Shown here: one piece after another, positions 15,454 through 17,360 of the stretch | Position numbering within the stretch: the first letter of the stretch is position 1 | How the letters are laid out: every line of letters starts with the position of its first letter | Origin: a virus | Lineage: Duplodnaviria > Heunggongvirae > Uroviricota > Caudoviricetes | Length of the DNA: 17,360 nt | Virus record (IMG/VR): IMGVR_UViG_2645728010_000005 | Direction: 5' to 3' (one strand) | Program-made: the position numbers and the translations under genes | Notes under the pieces: generated by a model | The model's input: only the letters and a program-made list of their open reading frames with translations | Databases searched by the model: none | Told to the model about the DNA's origin: nothing

Positions 15454-15672
15454 ATGGCAGACATCATTGATTCAGCATCAGAAATCGAAGAATTACAGCG
15501 CAATACAGCAATAAAAATGCGTCGTCTGAACCACCAGGTTATATCTGCCACTCATTGTTGTGAGTGTGGCGATCCCATAGATGAACGAAGACGCCTGGCC
15601 GTTCAGGGTTGTCGGACTTGTGCAAGCTGCCAGGAGGAGATCGAACTTAAGAACAAACAATGGGGATTGTGA
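15454..15672 (+). CDS. TraR/DksA-family C4 zinc-finger protein (phage-encoded)
   Basis: 72 aa with two CxxC pairs (HCCECGDPID...GCRTCASCQ) at TraR-like spacing. Confidence 0.6.
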   Translation: MADIIDSASEIEELQRNTAIKMRRLNHQVISATHCCECGDPIDERRRLAVQGCRTCASCQEEIELKNKQWGL

Positions 15673-15719
15673 TGGCCTCAAAGCAGCAAATTTCAACATC
15701 GTCCAACTGAGGTGTAAAA

Positions 15720-15998
15720 ATGTTCAGAATCATTTTGCCTAACACCTGGTACGTCGACCACCACGGCACTCCCTGCAAAATCCTGCGTTCTACCCACAAC
15801 AAAGTTCACTACATCCGAAAAGGCAGAACATGTATCGCCAGCATGTTCCGCTTTAATCATGACTTTGAACCTGTGAATAAAGCTGATGCAGATCGGATAG
15901 CAGAAGAGATCGAAACGGCAGAACACATTAAGAAGTTACGTGACATGCGTTCAAAAAGCAGAGGTAACCATGGAATCATACAGCCTCACACTCGATGA
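15720..15998 (+). CDS. Hypothetical early-left phage protein (92 aa)
   Basis: ATG 15720 with SD GAGGTG; MFRIILPNTWYVDHHGTPCKILRSTHNKVHYIRKGRTCIASMFRFNHDFEPVNKADADRIAEEIETAEHIKKLRD...; no family recognised with confidence. Confidence 0.4.
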   Translation: MFRIILPNTWYVDHHGTPCKILRSTHNKVHYIRKGRTCIASMFRFNHDFEPVNKADADRIAEEIETAEHIKKLRDMRSKSRGNHGIIQPHTR

Positions 15999-16341
15999 GG
16001 CCTGTCAGTTTCTTAAGATATCCAGACCAACCGCCACCAACTGGATACGAACAGGCCGCCTACAGGCAACACGTAAAGATCCAACCAAGCCAAAATCTCC
16101 TTACCTCACAACACGGCAAGCCTGCATTGCGGCGCTTCAGTCTCCGCTGCATACTGTCCAGGTGAGCGCGGGTGATGGCATAACAGAGGAAAGAAAATGT
16201 CACTCTTCCGCAGAAATGAAATATGGTATGCCTCGTATTCGCTCCCGGGCGGGAAACGAATTAAGGAATCTCTTGGCACAAAGGACAAGCGGCAAGCTCA
16301 GGAGTTGCACGACAAGCGAAAAGCAGAACTCTGGCGAGTAG
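15970..16341 (+). CDS. xis: Excisionase / AlpA-like HTH DNA-binding protein (extent uncertain; overlaps the integrase start by ~145 nt)
   Basis: ATG 15970 with SD GAGGT; N-terminus [36 protein letters not shown] is a typical AlpA/Xis-type HTH; the C-terminal ~45 codons overlap int in another frame. Confidence 0.5.
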   Translation: MESYSLTLDEACQFLKISRPTATNWIRTGRLQATRKDPTKPKSPYLTTRQACIAALQSPLHTVQVSAGDGITEERKCHSSAEMKYGMPRIRSRAGNELRNLLAQRTSGKLRSCTTSEKQNSGE

Positions 16342-17360
16342 AAAAGCTAGGGGATTTACCTGATGTCACTTTTGAAGAGGCCTGCCTAAGATGGCTTGAG
16401 GAAAAAGCTGATAAAAAATCTCTCGATTCAGATAAAAGCCGGATTGAGTTCTGGCTTGAACATTTTGAGGGTATAAGGCTTAAAGATATCTCGGAGGCAA
16501 AGATTTACTCTGCTGTAAGCAGAATGCATAACAGAAAGACGAAAGAAATATGGAAACAGAAAGTTCAGGCCGCCATCAGGAAAGGTAAAGAACTGCCTGT
16601 TTATGAACCAAAGCCAGTACCAACTCAGACAAAGGCAAAGCATCTTGCCATGATAAAGGCCATTCTCCGTGCTGCAGAACGCGACTGGAAGTGGCTGGAA
16701 AAAGCGCCTGTCATCAAGATACCAGCGGTCAGAAACAAGCGAGTCAGATGGCTGGAAAAGGAGGAAGCAAAACGCCTTATTGATGAGTGCCCCGAACCAC
16801 TGAAATCTGTCGTCAAGTTTGCGCTGGCAACTGGTCTGAGAAAGTCGAACATCATAAATCTGGAATGGCAACAAATCGACATGCAGCGACGAGTTGCCTG
16901 GGTGAATCCAGAAGAGAGCAAATCAAACCGCGCCATTGGTGTGGCGCTGAACGATACCGCCTGTAAAGTGTTGCGTGATCAAATAGGCAAGCATCACAAA
17001 TGGGTGTTTGTACATACCAAGGCGGCTAAGCGAGCAGATGGAACATCAACGCCTGCGGTCAGGAAGATGCGCATCGACAGCAAGACATCATGGCTATCAG
17101 CTTGTCGTCGTGCAGGAATTGAAGATTTCCGTTTCCATGACCTCAGACACACCTGGGCAAGCTGGCTGATTCAGTCAGGCGTCCCATTATCAGTGCTTCA
17201 GGAAATGGGCGGATGGGAGTCCATAGAAATGGTTCGTAGGTATGCTCACCTTGCGCCTAATCATTTGACAGAGCATGCGAGGAAAATAGACGACATTTTT
17301 GGTGATAATGTCCCAAATATGTCCCACTCTGGAATTATGGAGGATATAAAGAAGGCGTAA
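16197..17360 (+). CDS. intD: Tyrosine-type phage integrase (DLP12 IntD-like)
   Basis: 387 aa [46 protein letters not shown]...; C-terminal catalytic box ...[42 protein letters not shown] (conserved H-x-x-R and Tyr). Stop codon is the last 3 nt of the window. Confidence 0.95.
   Translation: MSLFRRNEIWYASYSLPGGKRIKESLGTKDKRQAQELHDKRKAELWRVEKLGDLPDVTFEEACLRWLEEKADKKSLDSDKSRIEFWLEHFEGIRLKDISEAKIYSAVSRMHNRKTKEIWKQKVQAAIRKGKELPVYEPKPVPTQTKAKHLAMIKAILRAAERDWKWLEKAPVIKIPAVRNKRVRWLEKEEAKRLIDECPEPLKSVVKFALATGLRKSNIINLEWQQIDMQRRVAWVNPEESKSNRAIGVALNDTACKVLRDQIGKHHKWVFVHTKAAKRADGTSTPAVRKMRIDSKTSWLSACRRAGIEDFRFHDLRHTWASWLIQSGVPLSVLQEMGGWESIEMVRRYAHLAPNHLTEHARKIDDIFGDNVPNMSHSGIMEDIKKA

Noticed and set aside
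15493-16936. Track ORFs 15493..15699 (-), 15693..15926 (-), 16106..16288 (-), 16428..16874 (-), 16625..16936 (-)
   Set aside because: Antisense to the TraR-like gene, the hypothetical early gene, xis or the integrase; no independent support.
1-17360. CRISPR arrays, tRNA/rRNA genes, tandem repeats
   Set aside because: No regularly spaced direct repeats, no tRNA-like or rRNA-like sequences and no tandem arrays were found on reading the sequence; the repeats present are the IS1 ends and duplication and the short inverted/direct repeats listed above.

Overview
This 17.4 kb window is almost entirely a defective lambdoid prophage of the DLP12 type, as found in Escherichia coli and close relatives. 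The organism is inferred from protein and IS1 identity, and all homology calls rest on my recall of family sequences, not on a database search. From right to left in window coordinates (phage left to right) it contains: a tyrosine integrase (16197..17360; the window ends at its stop, so the att site lies outside), an excisionase-like gene, small early-left genes (TraR/DksA-like zinc finger, a 5'-truncated Dam-type methyltransferase), then an AT-rich cargo block emrE / ybcK (large serine recombinase) / ybcL (PEBP) / ybcM (AraC) occupying the position where immunity and replication genes would normally be. Next come a compact nin region (ybcN, ninE, ybcO, rusA, ylcG-like), antiterminator Q, an Lc/NmpC-type porin gene on the opposite strand split by a complete 768-bp IS1 with a perfect 9-bp target duplication, an apparently intact lysis cassette (pinholin, SAR endolysin, Rz with embedded Rz1), bor, a small conserved orf, a complete-looking cos site and Nu1. 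To the left of Nu1 are deletion scars: Nu1 is fused to an internal piece of J, J carries a second internal deletion, and an N-terminal Stf fragment abuts a 5' fragment of a vgrG-like gene on the opposite strand. Terminase large subunit, portal, head and tail-shaft genes, and any recognisable cI/cro/N/O/P, are absent. I see no rRNA, tRNA or CRISPR array. I do not find a convincing novel multi-gene system; the most speculative leads are the serine recombinase with a nearby 13-bp perfect inverted repeat, the retained cos site in a prophage lacking structural genes, and the small unassigned early-left genes. The supplied ORF track labels TTG/GTG starts as M, so several track start coordinates were trimmed to ATG starts with a Shine-Dalgarno sequence.
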